A stretch of 58,493 nt of DNA, the filler included, from Dugesia japonica (taxonomy: Eukaryota): assembly GCA_001938525.1 (NCBI GenBank). It is 5 parts of 5 records of this genome, joined end to end, with 100 filler letters (N's around TTAATTAATTAA, not from the genome) between each part and the next. Parts side by side here need not be neighbours in the genome. Positions count along the whole stretch, not along the records: positions 28,922 to 49,040 come from MQRL01648348.1; positions 49,141 to 58,493 come from MQRL01584027.1; 3 more parts are not named here. The stretch is one strand, 5' to 3'. Positions within the stretch are counted from its first letter, which is position 1, and every line of letters begins with the position of its first letter. The position numbers and the translations under genes were made by a program. The notes under the pieces were generated by a model that saw only the letters and a program-made list of their open reading frames with translations, made no database searches and had not been told where the DNA came from. Shown piece after piece: positions 38,540 through 50,348 of the stretch.

Positions 38540-39180
38540 TAAACATACCATTGAAAACCATATTTGACTAATGATTTGTGGAAAAACTGAATTGTGTATT
38601 TACGATGGTTCGTCACTTTAAGATGTTATTGAATTTGGGGTATTTAAAAATGTGTTTCCAATGAGTACCATTTCTGAAATTCAAATGATGTAGAGTTTTT
38701 AATCAATGGTTGGTAAACTGAAAATATGAATTTGAATGATACTCACTTATATATTCAATAAAATGTAATGAATAAGAATGGAAAAGATTTGGAAGAAAAG
38801 CCTGATGAAGTACCTGTTAATTTCATGTTACATACTCTATTCAAGGATTTAATTCAACAATTAATAAATATATTAGAGTTTAAGGTGTAAAGTAAACCCA
38901 ACTTTAATTGAAACTACTTTAAGTAAAAAGGATATTTGTCTGATTGCAATGAGTTGTGGAAATGAATTTAGAAAAAACTAACATTAAATCATACAAAAGT
39001 TATCTATGTAGTCTTCTGCAAATAGACTTCGTGAATTAACTGAAATATCTTTTAACAAGTATATTTGATTACATTAAGTTGGAAGGAGCAAACCCCAGAA
39101 TGTATATGGAATCGAAATTCGATGAACCAAAATATAAATTCTTGGATGCAAAATTATTTTTATGGAAATACTTATGATAA
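38540..39180 (+). pseudogene. Polinton-type double-jelly-roll major capsid protein remnant
   Basis: VIEFGV, VPVNFMLHTLFKDL (cf. PVNNxLHSLFSQV) and EPKYKFLDAKLFLWK appear in the expected order. Heavily decayed. Confidence 0.55.
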
Positions 39181-39184
39181 TCAA

Positions 39185-40965
39185 ACAAATTGGTATCGTT
39201 TAACTTAGACTTTAAAACTAAACATTTTTTGCATAGATTTTGCTATATGAATATGCTTGATTCTCTAGGAAAAGTTACTAGCGCACGGGAACAGTTTGAC
39301 TCGTGTTTTGAATTTCTCAGTCAAACCTTGTCGAATCGATTTTTACAGGAAACTATTCGATTCAGATTAAAACTCTGAACATATCATATATATTGAATCT
39401 GTTGTAGAAATATGCTTAGTTCAAAAGATAGGAAATTGCCAGATAATATGTCTCACCTTGAATCGAAAATTATGTTTCCTAGAAATACTTATGATAATTA
39501 GGACAATCTTTTTTTAACGTTATAAAGAAGTAAAATTTGACTTTTTTGACCAACAATGAAAATTTTTGACTTTATGTTTCTTTTTTTAAATAATTATCAG
39601 TGCTTAGTAGTTTTAAAACTTAGATTTGTAAAAGAAAAATATATCAAGAGTTTACATTTTATTGAATATTATAACATAATTTTATTACCAAATTTCAGGG
39701 GCAAAGTATTAGTCTTTTGCTAAAGGTTTATTCAACAAAGAAAAACTTCTTTTGACACAAGATGAAGTAGGCAAAGATTTCATTAAAAAGATTTCCCATT
39801 GGTTAAATTGATTCCTTTTGAATGTCCCTTTTTGTCATTATTAGAACAATCTTTTATTTATCATGTTAAAAAGAAACATTTGACATTTTTGTCAAAAATT
39901 AAGACTTTATAATGCAAATGTTTAACTCATTACTCCATTTTTCACGAATCTTCATTCTATTTACTTTTTGATATGACATGGATATTTAATGAATTGCAAT
40001 TCAAAAACTTCCTTCGACAGACTCGAGAGTTTAATCTGTACTGTCAGCTAGAATAATAGTTTCAGCAAAAACAATTTAATTTTGACAATCTCAAGAAAAC
40101 TCTTGGCTGATGTTGGATTGTAATACTTCCTTTTGCCCACTTTACAAGTCTTCCATCATCTTTAAAGTTACAATTGCAATTATTGTGAGAATAATTGTTG
40201 GACATAACCATTGATCGTTTTATGGAATTCATTTAATATAAAATATTTGATCAAAATTTGGTTTTTTATTGGTCTTTTTCAGAAATTGACTTCGAATTGT
40301 TATCCAATATCAATAAAAAAACCAAAATTTTGATCGTATGACGTGGATTAATTTGATAATTTTTTGAAATTTTAAATGGTCAAAAGGTTTTCACCTTTTG
40401 AAATAATTTTTGACTTTTTGATCAAATATTTGACAATTCGGACTTTTTAAATTTTAAAATAAGATACTTTTATGTACTCAAAGATGTTTCTATATGTTAT
40501 TAACAAGTTTTGAGTAATTTAAGAGTCAATTGACTTTACTGACAAGACGCTGCTATACTTTCTGCAGTTTCCATCTATAAATATTTATTAATAAGTTACA
40601 AGTATGTCTAGTGAAAAATTTATTTTAACAAAGCAGCAATATTAAAAGAATTAATTGTTTTAATTATTCTCTTTTTTTATCTGAAATTTCTTCAATTATT
40701 ATTACATAAAATTTTTATGAAACTTTTCATAAAATTTTTATGTATAATATTAAAACATCCAAACACTAATCAAACAAAAATGATATCGTTTTACTCAGAA
40801 TATAAAATTAAACATTTTTTGCATAAGGTTTGCTATATGAATATGCTGTGGTCTCTAGGAAAAGATACTTGCGCAAAGTTTGACTAGTTTTCTTAAATTT
40901 ATCGGCCAAAACATATTAATTCGCTTTGTAAATGATAATATTCGATTCAGATTAATATTCTAAAT
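39185..40965. repeat. Dispersed ~190-bp repeat (39185-39380 and 40780-40965)
   Basis: Shared TATCGTTT..AAACATTTTTTGCATA..TTTGCTATATGAATATGCT..TCTCTAGGAAAAG..ATTCGATTCAGATTAA. Confidence 0.85.
40170..40336. repeat. Inverted pair of PLE pseudo-LTR remnants
   Basis: The minus-strand copy of the 660-780 unit ends in an inverted repeat GATCAAAATTTGGTTTTTTATTG / CAATAAAAAAACCAAAATTTTGATC. Confidence 0.7.
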
Positions 40966-41414
40966 TTATTTTGTATAGGGTTTGNTGTATAAATATTCTT
41001 GGTTAGAAATTTAAACTAAACTCTGTGAAATTTATAAATTAAGGAAATTTATGGAAATTTAATAAATCTTAATAAAATTGGTCTAAGTTATTACATTGTT
41101 TTACACTAGTTTACTATTACCTTTGGTCTACCATGTAAATAATACAACTGTACTCTGCGAAAAAAATACATAACAGTAAACCTAATGAATACTATAAATC
41201 TATTAAACNTATAATATGTGATACACTTTAGTGAAATTAATTAAATTTATTAACTTTACTGAAATTAATGGATATTTAATAGGTCTTAATAAAATTTATT
41301 TATATTTTAATCACGAACCTATACATTTAAATGAAATTACTTATGGACTTGGTATATATTTAAATTTTATTATAAAATAGTGTAAAACAATATAATAATA
41401 TACAATAACAGTAA

Positions 41415-41597
41415 CAGTGAGTATAATTCTTAGCTAGAAATGGCTGGATAAACTGCCTAATCACTGTTATGTCAGGAATAGTGGATTGAAACTATTCCAC
41501 TTGAACGAGGAATTCCTAGTAAGGGCAAGTCACTAGCTTGCGCTGATTACGTCACTGCCCTTTGTACACACCGCCCGTCACTACTACCGATTGAATT
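41415..41597 (+). rRNA. Isolated 18S rRNA fragment (3' region), non-functional
   Basis: GAACGAGGAATTCCTAGTAAG...GATTACGTCACTGCCCTTTGTACACACCGCCCGTC.CTACTACCGATTGAAT (universal SSU 1391 region). The flanks are not rDNA. Confidence 0.92.
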
Positions 41598-43499
41598 AAT
41601 TGCAAATCAGTTATCTGCATAAATATTTGTAAAATGTTATACAAAAACTTTAAAGATTATTGGGAGAGAGTCATGTGTGAAGCATTGATAATTAGGTCAA
41701 TTGATCCTAAAATTAGTGTTCCAATTGATCTTTCTAAATCTTTATTGAATGTTTTTAATTTATTTGATTTATCTAAGAGATTGCATAATTGTTTATATAA
41801 ATAGAATTTTTATGTAATTTGGAAAATGGGTTTTGTCTTTTATTCACCCCAACTACAATACATTTCATATGGAAATAATGCATCTTATGCGTGCTGCAGT
41901 TTATACAACAAAAAATTACATATTCAAAAATAACCACCCTACAACTAATACGTGCTGCGGCCTATCTCGGGATTTTACAGTAAATAATAATTAAATTAAA
42001 TTCGGTAATAAAATAAATAACTTACTGTTTTGGAGGATATCAATGACAGTTTGAATTAAAATAAAAATTGGAATAAATATTACAATACAAATAGTTTCTA
42101 AATGGAAAATATTAAAATAAAAATTTGGCTATTTGAAAATTTATTTTACTGACTTAAAATGATTTATATCAACAAAAGTCATATAATTAAATTATATTTG
42201 TTGAATGTGTGAGTGTAACGTTATTTGAGTCCATGCTTGTGCATTTTTACAACAGTTTCAGTATTTATTCTTGCATCTTTGAAAAATAACTTCAGTTTAG
42301 TCGTACAATACTCTAACTAAAAATTTTAAAAAGTCAGTTTTAATAATATTAGGTTATACATATTTAATGTCGTTTTATCTAATTTCAAAAATATTACCCT
42401 ATTTTGATTGTTATTTGTGATAAGTGATTTTATATTTTAGCATGTATTATAAAATTTTTAAAGAAATTTAATGTATTCTGTAAAATCGTGGAGCAATGTG
42501 CATTTTATGTTAATTAGGGTTAGAAATAAAATATTTTTGTCTTTAGTAGAAATCATTAAAACAAAATAAGAAAATAATAAATAATTTATTTCGTTCAATT
42601 AATAAAATAATTTCTGATCACTAATTTTATCTTTAGCTACACTGGAGCACATTATATCAGCTTTATTAATTGAAATAGAAGGTTTGGTCACCAACATAGC
42701 TACATGTGATGTTAAAACAAACTACTCGTGTAATTTTGATTTTAACTATCTGCAGATACAGGTGTTGTGTCAGAAAATATTTCACAAGTACTTACCGTTA
42801 GATCAGTCTGTAACACTCATCGTTGCATTTAAAAGAATTGATACTTTTCATTTTTAAAATTTATTCAAATACAAGACAAACAAAAATCAACATAAATTTA
42901 TGTTTTCAAACAAACTTCAAAAATCTATAATTGATAATAAAAGAAAGAAAAATGGTTTATTAAATTATTTAATAATAAAATTTTAAAATATAATAATAAT
43001 GTTTTAAAGAAAATTAGCAATTAAACTTATTTCAGAATTTTTATAATTTCAAAAATATGTATTACTTAGGAATTATAAATTTTAAATATACACTGTAAAT
43101 TACAAATTTCAAAATTTATTAAAAATTCGTTTTGTCTAAATGATTCATAAATTAAAAAATTCCATTTCTTGATACATTTTATTACATACAATTTTAATAT
43201 TATATATTTTTTATTTATAAACCTTCAATTCCAAATTTTAAAATTTTACTGCAAATTATAAATTTAAAATTTCATTTTCTTAAAACTACCTTACACTTAC
43301 TTTTACTAAACATCAGTGACAAAGAAAGTGATTTGTTGTTGCTTTGGCTGAAAAGTCAATTTTATTCTGCAATTTAGATCGAAAAAAACATGGAAATACC
43401 AAGACAAACACTACTATTTATTCCTAATTTCATTCCTATTTATTCCTATTTCATCCAAAAAATCTTTTACTATATCATATTTGTAATAATAATATATAT

Positions 43500-46150
43500 T
43501 TGGAAAAGTATTGCTTAATTTAATTATGAACACAACATTTAGTATCAGATATTACAGCGACAGTTGTAATCACTACATGTTTAAAATTCCTCAGTTCATG
43601 CGCAATATCAAACTCTGGTTTCTGCAAGTGGATAACTCTTTCAAACTTGTCAGGATTAAGTTAGAATCAAAAAATTTCCAACACATAATATGCAATTTGC
43701 TAGTGGAAATTCTTGAAGAATATGAAACATTTCTTGACGATTCCCGTGATCCATGCTACACTGATAAAAATATTGCTCTTTTGGAAAAAAAATAATCACC
43801 CCCATGACTTTGGAATTTATCTTTGCAGATGTATCCCAACCTATATTGGTTGCTGATATTTTTGCATATCACGATGTTAGTATTAACTGCAACAATATGA
43901 GCATAACATTTTCTACTTCTGAGTAAACTATATCTTGACATTCTAGACTATAATATTGCAAAAAATAAGTATAAACAATAACATAAAAAGTAAATCAGTA
44001 GCACAGAAGTCTTGATGATTATTATGATAATTCCTTTAAAAAGATAACTCGATAGCCTATTTAGAGCTAGAAAATTTTGCTCAAGTAATAGCGAGTGGGT
44101 TTTATCACTTGTGGTCGTTAAGAAACAAAACGAATTGAAAGAACTTTGTGGACACTACAGACAATCAAATGAACTAACTAAACCAGACAAATAACCTTTA
44201 CCTAGAATCCAAGATCTATTGGATAAACTTTAAAACGTAACTACCTTAAAAAAAGCATTTTACCAGGTACTGATAGCAGAAAATGACATTCTTAAAACTG
44301 CAGTTATTACACCATTTTGGTTTTAATAATTACTGCAAAATACGGTTTGGATTGAAGAATTGCTCGGCTATTTTTCAAGGATTTATAGATACAATTCTGA
44401 GAGAGCATCAAGACTTTTTAATATCATACGTTTATGATATTCTTATATTTTTAAAAAATGAAGCAGACCATGAGGATAATCTACTAAAAGTAACTAACAC
44501 CATTCTATTTGGTTAGAGATAAATTGGGATAAATGTATTTTTTGGTTGCTTCAATTAAAAATTTAGGATTCAAGATATCAGATAATGGAATCCTTCCTAA
44601 AACTAAAACAATTGAAAGCTTGATAGAAATAAGCCTTACAGTCAACTTAAAGAGCTTACAAAGATTTTTAGGCTGCGGTGGCTATTATCATTGGCTCATT
44701 CCAAATTTATCTGAAAAGATTTCACCACTTTACAAGCTAATCATTGAAAAGAAAAAGTCGAAAGGAAGTATAATTGAATAGACCACTTATCAAGTAAATG
44801 CTTTCAACACTATCAAAAATGCACTTCTAAATTTATAGCAATCGAATTACACAGACAAGTCAAAACAATTTGTATTAAGAACTGGTGCATTTTTAGAAAC
44901 AGTACGAGGTGCATTGGAGCAAGTAGGTTCAGAAGGAACACATACTCTAATCGCATTGGTCTCAAGTTAATTGTCTTCCGCAAAGAGAAATTACTCAACC
45001 ATCGACAGAGAACTGCTAACAGTAATTCTTGTAGTTCAGAATTTCAAGCATTATTTAGATTCTACAACATTTAGACAGACCATCAGCCTTTATTAAAGAT
45101 TGTAACTATGCAATATCCGAATCCCAGACATTTGAAACGGGTTGAATTTTTCTCTCCATTTTCCTTCAAATTAGAATATTTGAATGGATCGGAGAACAAA
45201 GTAGAAGTATTATTGTCAAGAATAAACGCACCTATCAAGGAAATTGAACACATCACAGTGAGTGAAATAATCAAATAGCAAGCAACCAAGAACCTTAAAG
45301 CATCAATAAACACATTTTCCTTGAAATTAAGTGTCTCTGACGAAGAAATAGTTATAGACATATCGCAACCCAAACCGCAAATAATTCTATTAGAAACTTT
45401 CAGAATTCAAAAGGATTCAAGATAGCTGCCATGCTGGAGTAAAAGCAACCACAACACTGGTAGCTTAGAGGTATGTTTAGCACAAAATAAGATCAGATAT
45501 TTGTGAATGTTGCAAAAGATATGAGAATCGCCGACATTCAAAAATTCAGAGGCATGCGAAATTTCCAATGGTGACATTTTTTTGATACTTGAAGATTCAA
45601 ATATATGCATTTTGAATTAGTAGAATCACTACCAGAAATACACAATAAGTGGTATCTATTGACAATGATTGATAGAAAAACTTCATGGATTGAAGCAGTT
45701 TCATGTCTTGACATAACATTCAATTACGTGATTAACATATTATTTAATACGTGGATCAGTCAATTTTGAGCTCCAGAAGTCATTGTCACAATTATAGGAT
45801 AACTCTTCGAGTCAAAGGCTTTTGAAGAATTTGGTAAAAATATTTGCATCAAACATAGAAAATCGAATGCATACAACCTCAGAATCAAATGGTAAGATTG
45901 AAAGATGGCTGAGAACTCTAAGGAATGCACTTCGGGCCACGTCAATAAACGCAAACAAGGAGTTGATCCAAAAACAATTTTATTTTTAAGAAACCGTATT
46001 AGTCCAAACAACAAAGCGTCACCATCTCAACTCACGATATGTATAAACACAAAATTTTCAGGTGATATCATAACTTCAGTTGACATTTTTGACGACCATG
46101 ATCCATCCGTCGAAAAATCAAAGACAACATCAAGACTTTAGAAGTGCTGA
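43500..46150 (+). mobile_element. Second decayed Ty3/gypsy retrotransposon pol
   Basis: RT LVVVKKQNELKxLCGHYR..N..TKPD..PLPRIQDLL, IRFGLKNCSAIFQ..YVYDILI, LKSLQRFLGCGGYY, RNase H RELL..F.TDHQPL and integrase YLLTMIDRKTSWIEAV. Many lesions. Confidence 0.9.
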
Positions 46151-47064
46151 AAATCAATCGGAGCTTAAATAGAAAGTCAAAAGTCAATAAAGATCCGTTG
46201 AACTGCGAAAATAGCAATACAATCAAATCTCCCTATAATGTCAACCATCGGGACTAGAACTGAGTGACGTTATAGAGAGGTTCGACGGTATATTTATTCT
46301 TCTACATGATAATGCAAGATGTCATAGTTCTAAAATCACCGAAGAAAAAATATTATAGTGAGGTTAATTTTATAAATTTAAAATTTTTTGTTTAAGGATA
46401 AACACTTTAATTTGAGTAAGCAAAAAGTTTTTCTATTAGGCAAATGAAGCTTAAATAAAATAAAATAATTTACTTTGATTTGGTGTTGTTGAAATACCTG
46501 AAATATATTGAAATTATTAACTATTAAGTTAAATAAAATAGTTAAAAGTAATTTAAAATAAATTTAAATAAAAATCAAATTTTAATTATTTTATGTTATT
46601 TTAGATTAAATTAATTTCTATTGATAAAAATAAATTGTATATAGCATTTTAGAACACATACCAATCAATATATGGTCGGGTAGAAAAGTGTTAACATTAT
46701 AAATTATTAAACAAGTACNAATGTGAGTAGATTGGNANATNCTTAAAGAGTAACAACGGGAGGGAAAAGAAGAGGAATAGAAATGGGAGAAAAAATGCTT
46801 GATCAGAGTAAATAAATGAAGAAATCAAAATTGAAGATAATAAATTATTTGGAAATAAAAAAAATTCTTTAATCTGTGACATTAATAAATAAACAAGTAA
46901 ACATGCTAACTAAATAATGATTCAAGAAGTTAAAGAAGAAAATGATTTATTCTGTAGCAAATAAATTAGATTTAAAATAAATGTTTTATTAGCTCATTAA
47001 ATAATCTAATTTCAACCAAAACAAAACGGTATAATGGTACTCACAACATTTATTAAAATGACAT

Positions 47065-47484
47065 TTATAATTCATCTAACACATCAGTTTCTAGCCACTG
47101 GTCTGGGTCAAGCGTTTAAAAATGGAAGGCCGCGACATCATTACCGTCGTCCCATTGGACCCAAGTTGGCTGTCCCATCTGACGGGAAAGGTCGGCGATG
47201 TATTGTTTTAGGAAATCTATTTTCCTCAACAGTAGTTGCTTGGTCTCTGCTTCCAAGGTAATGGTTTGGGCCGCCAAATCATTCTGCTTTTTAACTATTA
47301 AGTCCAATTTTTTTATTAACCGATTTCGCTGAGCCAAAAATTTAAGGAGGACCCGGTCTGTTTTACGCTTTAGGTGGGGTTCCACCAACAGACGGCGCAT
47401 GATACGATGGCATCGGTGAAGACTGTTAAGGAAATTAATGCGAGGCACTAAAAGAGATTTGATTATTATAGGGTCACTTGACAT
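47065..47484 (-). pseudogene. Orphan bZIP/leucine-zipper-like ORF (139 codons, one internal TAA at 47116-47118)
   Basis: A basic stretch is followed by L-x6-L-x6-L heptads (LAAQTITLEAETKQL). The frame continues past the TAA as TLDPDQWLETDVLDEL*, then AATAAA. Confidence 0.5.
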
Positions 47485-47558
47485 CAGAATTTAAATGAAA
47501 CATTAAAATAAATTCGTAAGAAAATTTTAGATAACCAATTTATTTACAATGAAAAAAA

Positions 47559-47927
47559 CTATTGCAATTTAGTTCTGGGGGTCTGGGTGCTCTTCTCGAC
47601 CATCAACGGCTCAATGGGTATACGTGTTTGGAGACGTAGGATGTCATCGGCCAGTTTATTTTCACGGTCATGGTCGGATCGGATAACTTCAGCAAAGGAT
47701 TCGACCTGTCTTTTCCAGGTTCGTTCCTGCAGGTGGGAGGCCTAGGCTTCTTTCCTGAGAGCGATACATTTTTTTCTATATCTAGTCACTTTACTATGGG
47801 CAGTGGTTATCTCGGCCTCCCACCGAGGTTTTGCAAGTCGATACAAGTCCCACGTGAGCTCTATGTCTTTGCTGGTTTCTCTCATTGATTTGGTAGGAGC
47901 CGTGGAACAATTTAGCGATAAATGCAC
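47559..47927 (-). pseudogene. Orphan coiled-coil-like ORF (~122 codons, one internal TAG at 47742-47744)
   Basis: Preceded by a TTTCAG acceptor. The frame continues ...ASHLQERTWKRQVESF...KSTQTPRTKLQ*, then AATAAA. Confidence 0.45.
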
Positions 47928-48119
47928 TGAAAGAATTTATAAACCATCAAACATCATAAAATGAACTATTATTTCTACGACGTATTTTTCAGGGTGTACT
48001 TACAACACACCACAATAAAAAAAATATACATTAAAATTTATTTTGTAAAGACGTCTAACAAAAGCAATTTGATGACTATAGAATTATTTTATTGCAACAT
48101 ACACAGAGTGCATACACCT

Positions 48120-48467
48120 CTAAGAAGTGGTTATAGAGTCCGAAGTGGGTGCAGAATTCTCAGAGTCTTCACTACCCAAGGGTTCTCTTACACTCCAGAG
48201 TAAATTATTGATGAATGTCTGTACGGCGGGGTTTGGAGCTGATGGTTGGTACTGAAAAGTGGTGGCGAGGTTGCGAACAGGCCCTGTCCAAAGTTGATAG
48301 TTACGCCGCTCCCCGAAATCTTGTATTCGGGGGACGATGGCCTCCACTATTGGTAAATTAGATCTATCCGCTAAGATACCTGCATCCGGATTGTGAGGGT
48401 TGTGATGTCGTCTAAAGATTATTCGACGAGTTCGTCTATCAATAACTTGCTCCGATATAGATTCCAT
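48120..48467 (-). CDS. Orphan 115-aa ORF
   Basis: Open frame, GC-rich relative to its flanks, with a TTTTCGTAG acceptor 2 nt before the ATG and AATAAA ~30 nt after the stop. Confidence 0.5.
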   Translation of the reverse strand: MESISEQVIDRRTRRIIFRRHHNPHNPDAGILADRSNLPIVEAIVPRIQDFGERRNYQLWTGPVRNLATTFQYQPSAPNPAVQTFINNLLWSVREPLGSEDSENSAPTSDSITTS

Positions 48468-48609
48468 ATCTACGAAAAATGGAATAAATATTAAAGTTCA
48501 AATAAAACAGCATTAAGATGTAAGAAACAATTTATATCAACAATTATGAAAACATCACAAGGTTTTATACATATTCTATTTTATCATCGGGATGTTAACA
48601 AAACCAAAA

Positions 48610-48759
48610 TCACTCCTTATCCAGGTCTACCCCATCTTCCAAGGGGAACATCTCTGCAAGACAGTCAAGGTCTGTCTCATCTGGGTGCTCTACCTTCCCT
48701 CTGGTCAGTATGTAAGATATCAACTGTTTTGACTGACTAATTTGATGCTGCTTTTTAAT
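48610..48759 (-). CDS. Putative terminal exon (IKKQHQ...DLDCLAEMFPLEDGVDLDKE*)
   Basis: 49 open codons after a CATTAG acceptor; higher GC; upstream exon not identified. Confidence 0.35.
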   Translation of the reverse strand: MKKQHQISQSKQLISYILTRGKVEHPDETDLDCLAEMFPLEDGVDLDKE

Positions 48760-49140
48760 CTAATGTAGGGTAAGATACAATTCTGCTGGCATGAGCTAAA
48801 GAATAAGATCATTTATCGCGGTGTTTAACTCATGACTTAGCTCCCCAAAACGAATAGTTGTCGCTGACTATTATTGTTAATATGGGGTTTACCTCAATAA
48901 AAAGATAATAATTAAGGGAATGTTATTAATTTTGATGGTAATAATCTCGTTAAGGAGATAATAATTAATGGAAGTATATACAAGCATTCAGACGCACGAT
49001 ACCAACTTATAATTTTCCTATTATAGAAATTGATAACAACNNNNNNNNNNNNNNNNNNNNNNNNNNNNNNNNNNNNNNNNNNNNTTAATTAATTAANNNN
49101 NNNNNNNNNNNNNNNNNNNNNNNNNNNNNNNNNNNNNNNN

Positions 49141-49197
<57 letters not shown>
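49141..49197. repeat. (AAT)n microsatellite
   Basis: Directly visible. Confidence 0.95.
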
Positions 49198-49200
<3 letters not shown>

Positions 49201-49499
49201 TAGTAATAATAAAAATTTTTCAATAATTATTTAATTTTAGTACATTTTTATTAGCAGATATAACGTAAACATTGATTATGATGTAATTTTTTATTATTAT
49301 TAAAGTCGAATGAATATTAATTGGACCTTTGTAAATAATTTTATACTTACTAAAATCATAAGGTTATTTACCACTTTATTCATTATTAAAAATTGTTAAA
49401 AATACAAAATGAATTCAAATGGCGAAAAATCCAAAATCACTGATGAATTNGAAAAAAAAAATTTTTTTTTAATTTCCTTATTATTTTTTAAAATTACTT

Positions 49500-49985
49500 A
49501 TGACCAGATTATTATCATCGGGTTCAATTCGTGTTAAATGATAATCGTTCTGCTCTGATTCTTTTTCCTTTGATAATCTCGATTTGTTGTCTGATAGGTA
49601 TATTGCTGCTCCATGTTAATATCAATCCGCTGTGAAAAGGTTATATGTATAGTTGGCTAGTCAACATTCGATTAGGTTCTTTTTGTATAAGTGTGTCAAG
49701 AAAAGGTATTTTGTTATATATTGCTTCTTCTAACGTGAATTGGATGTTACTCTTGATATTGTTGGCTATATTAAGAATATTTTCTGTGGTGGTATTGGTT
49801 TTGAAGAACATTTCATCTAAGTATCTTAGCCAAAGTTTGAATTTATTATTTGCTTTATGAATGCTTCCTTTTTCAATGTGATCCATGTAAATAATGGCTA
49901 ATATTGTGTATAAGTTATTGCCCATAGCAAAACCTTTTTTTTGTTTATTTAACTGATTGTAATATATAATACTGTCTTAGGTGAG
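49500..49985 (-). mobile_element. Penelope-like reverse transcriptase fragment
   Basis: KGFAMGNNLYTILAIIYMDHIE...WLRYLDEMF...NIQFTLE...IPFLDTLI...HSGLILTWSS. Continues into the same thumb sequence seen at 1580-1640. Confidence 0.9.
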
Positions 49986-50168
49986 ACAAAGAGTTATTAA
50001 TGACTTAAAATAATTTTTTGTAATTTCTGAAATTTCTGTTTATTTTCTTCTTAGTTTAGTTTATTTTCGTAATTTTTAAAATATATAATTTTTTAATTCA
50101 CAGATCAAAAGTTAAAATTTTTAAAAAAGTGAATAATTACACAAAATGGAATTTTCACATAAACAAAA

Positions 50169-50232
<64 letters not shown>

Positions 50233-50282
50233 NNNNNNNNNNNNNNNNNNNNNNNNNNNNNNNNNNNNNNNNNNNNNNNNNN

Positions 50283-50346
<64 letters not shown>
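50169..50346. repeat. (AAT)n microsatellite spanning an N gap
   Basis: Directly visible; the source of the poly-Ile and poly-Tyr ORFs. Confidence 0.97.

Positions 50347-50348
<2 letters not shown>

Noticed and set aside
46672-46694. piggyBac-like end (...GTGTTAA)
   Set aside because: No partner terminus or transposase found.
48640-48665. Rb-binding LxCxE motif in the orphan exon
   Set aside because: The sequence is LDCLAE, so the spacing does not match.
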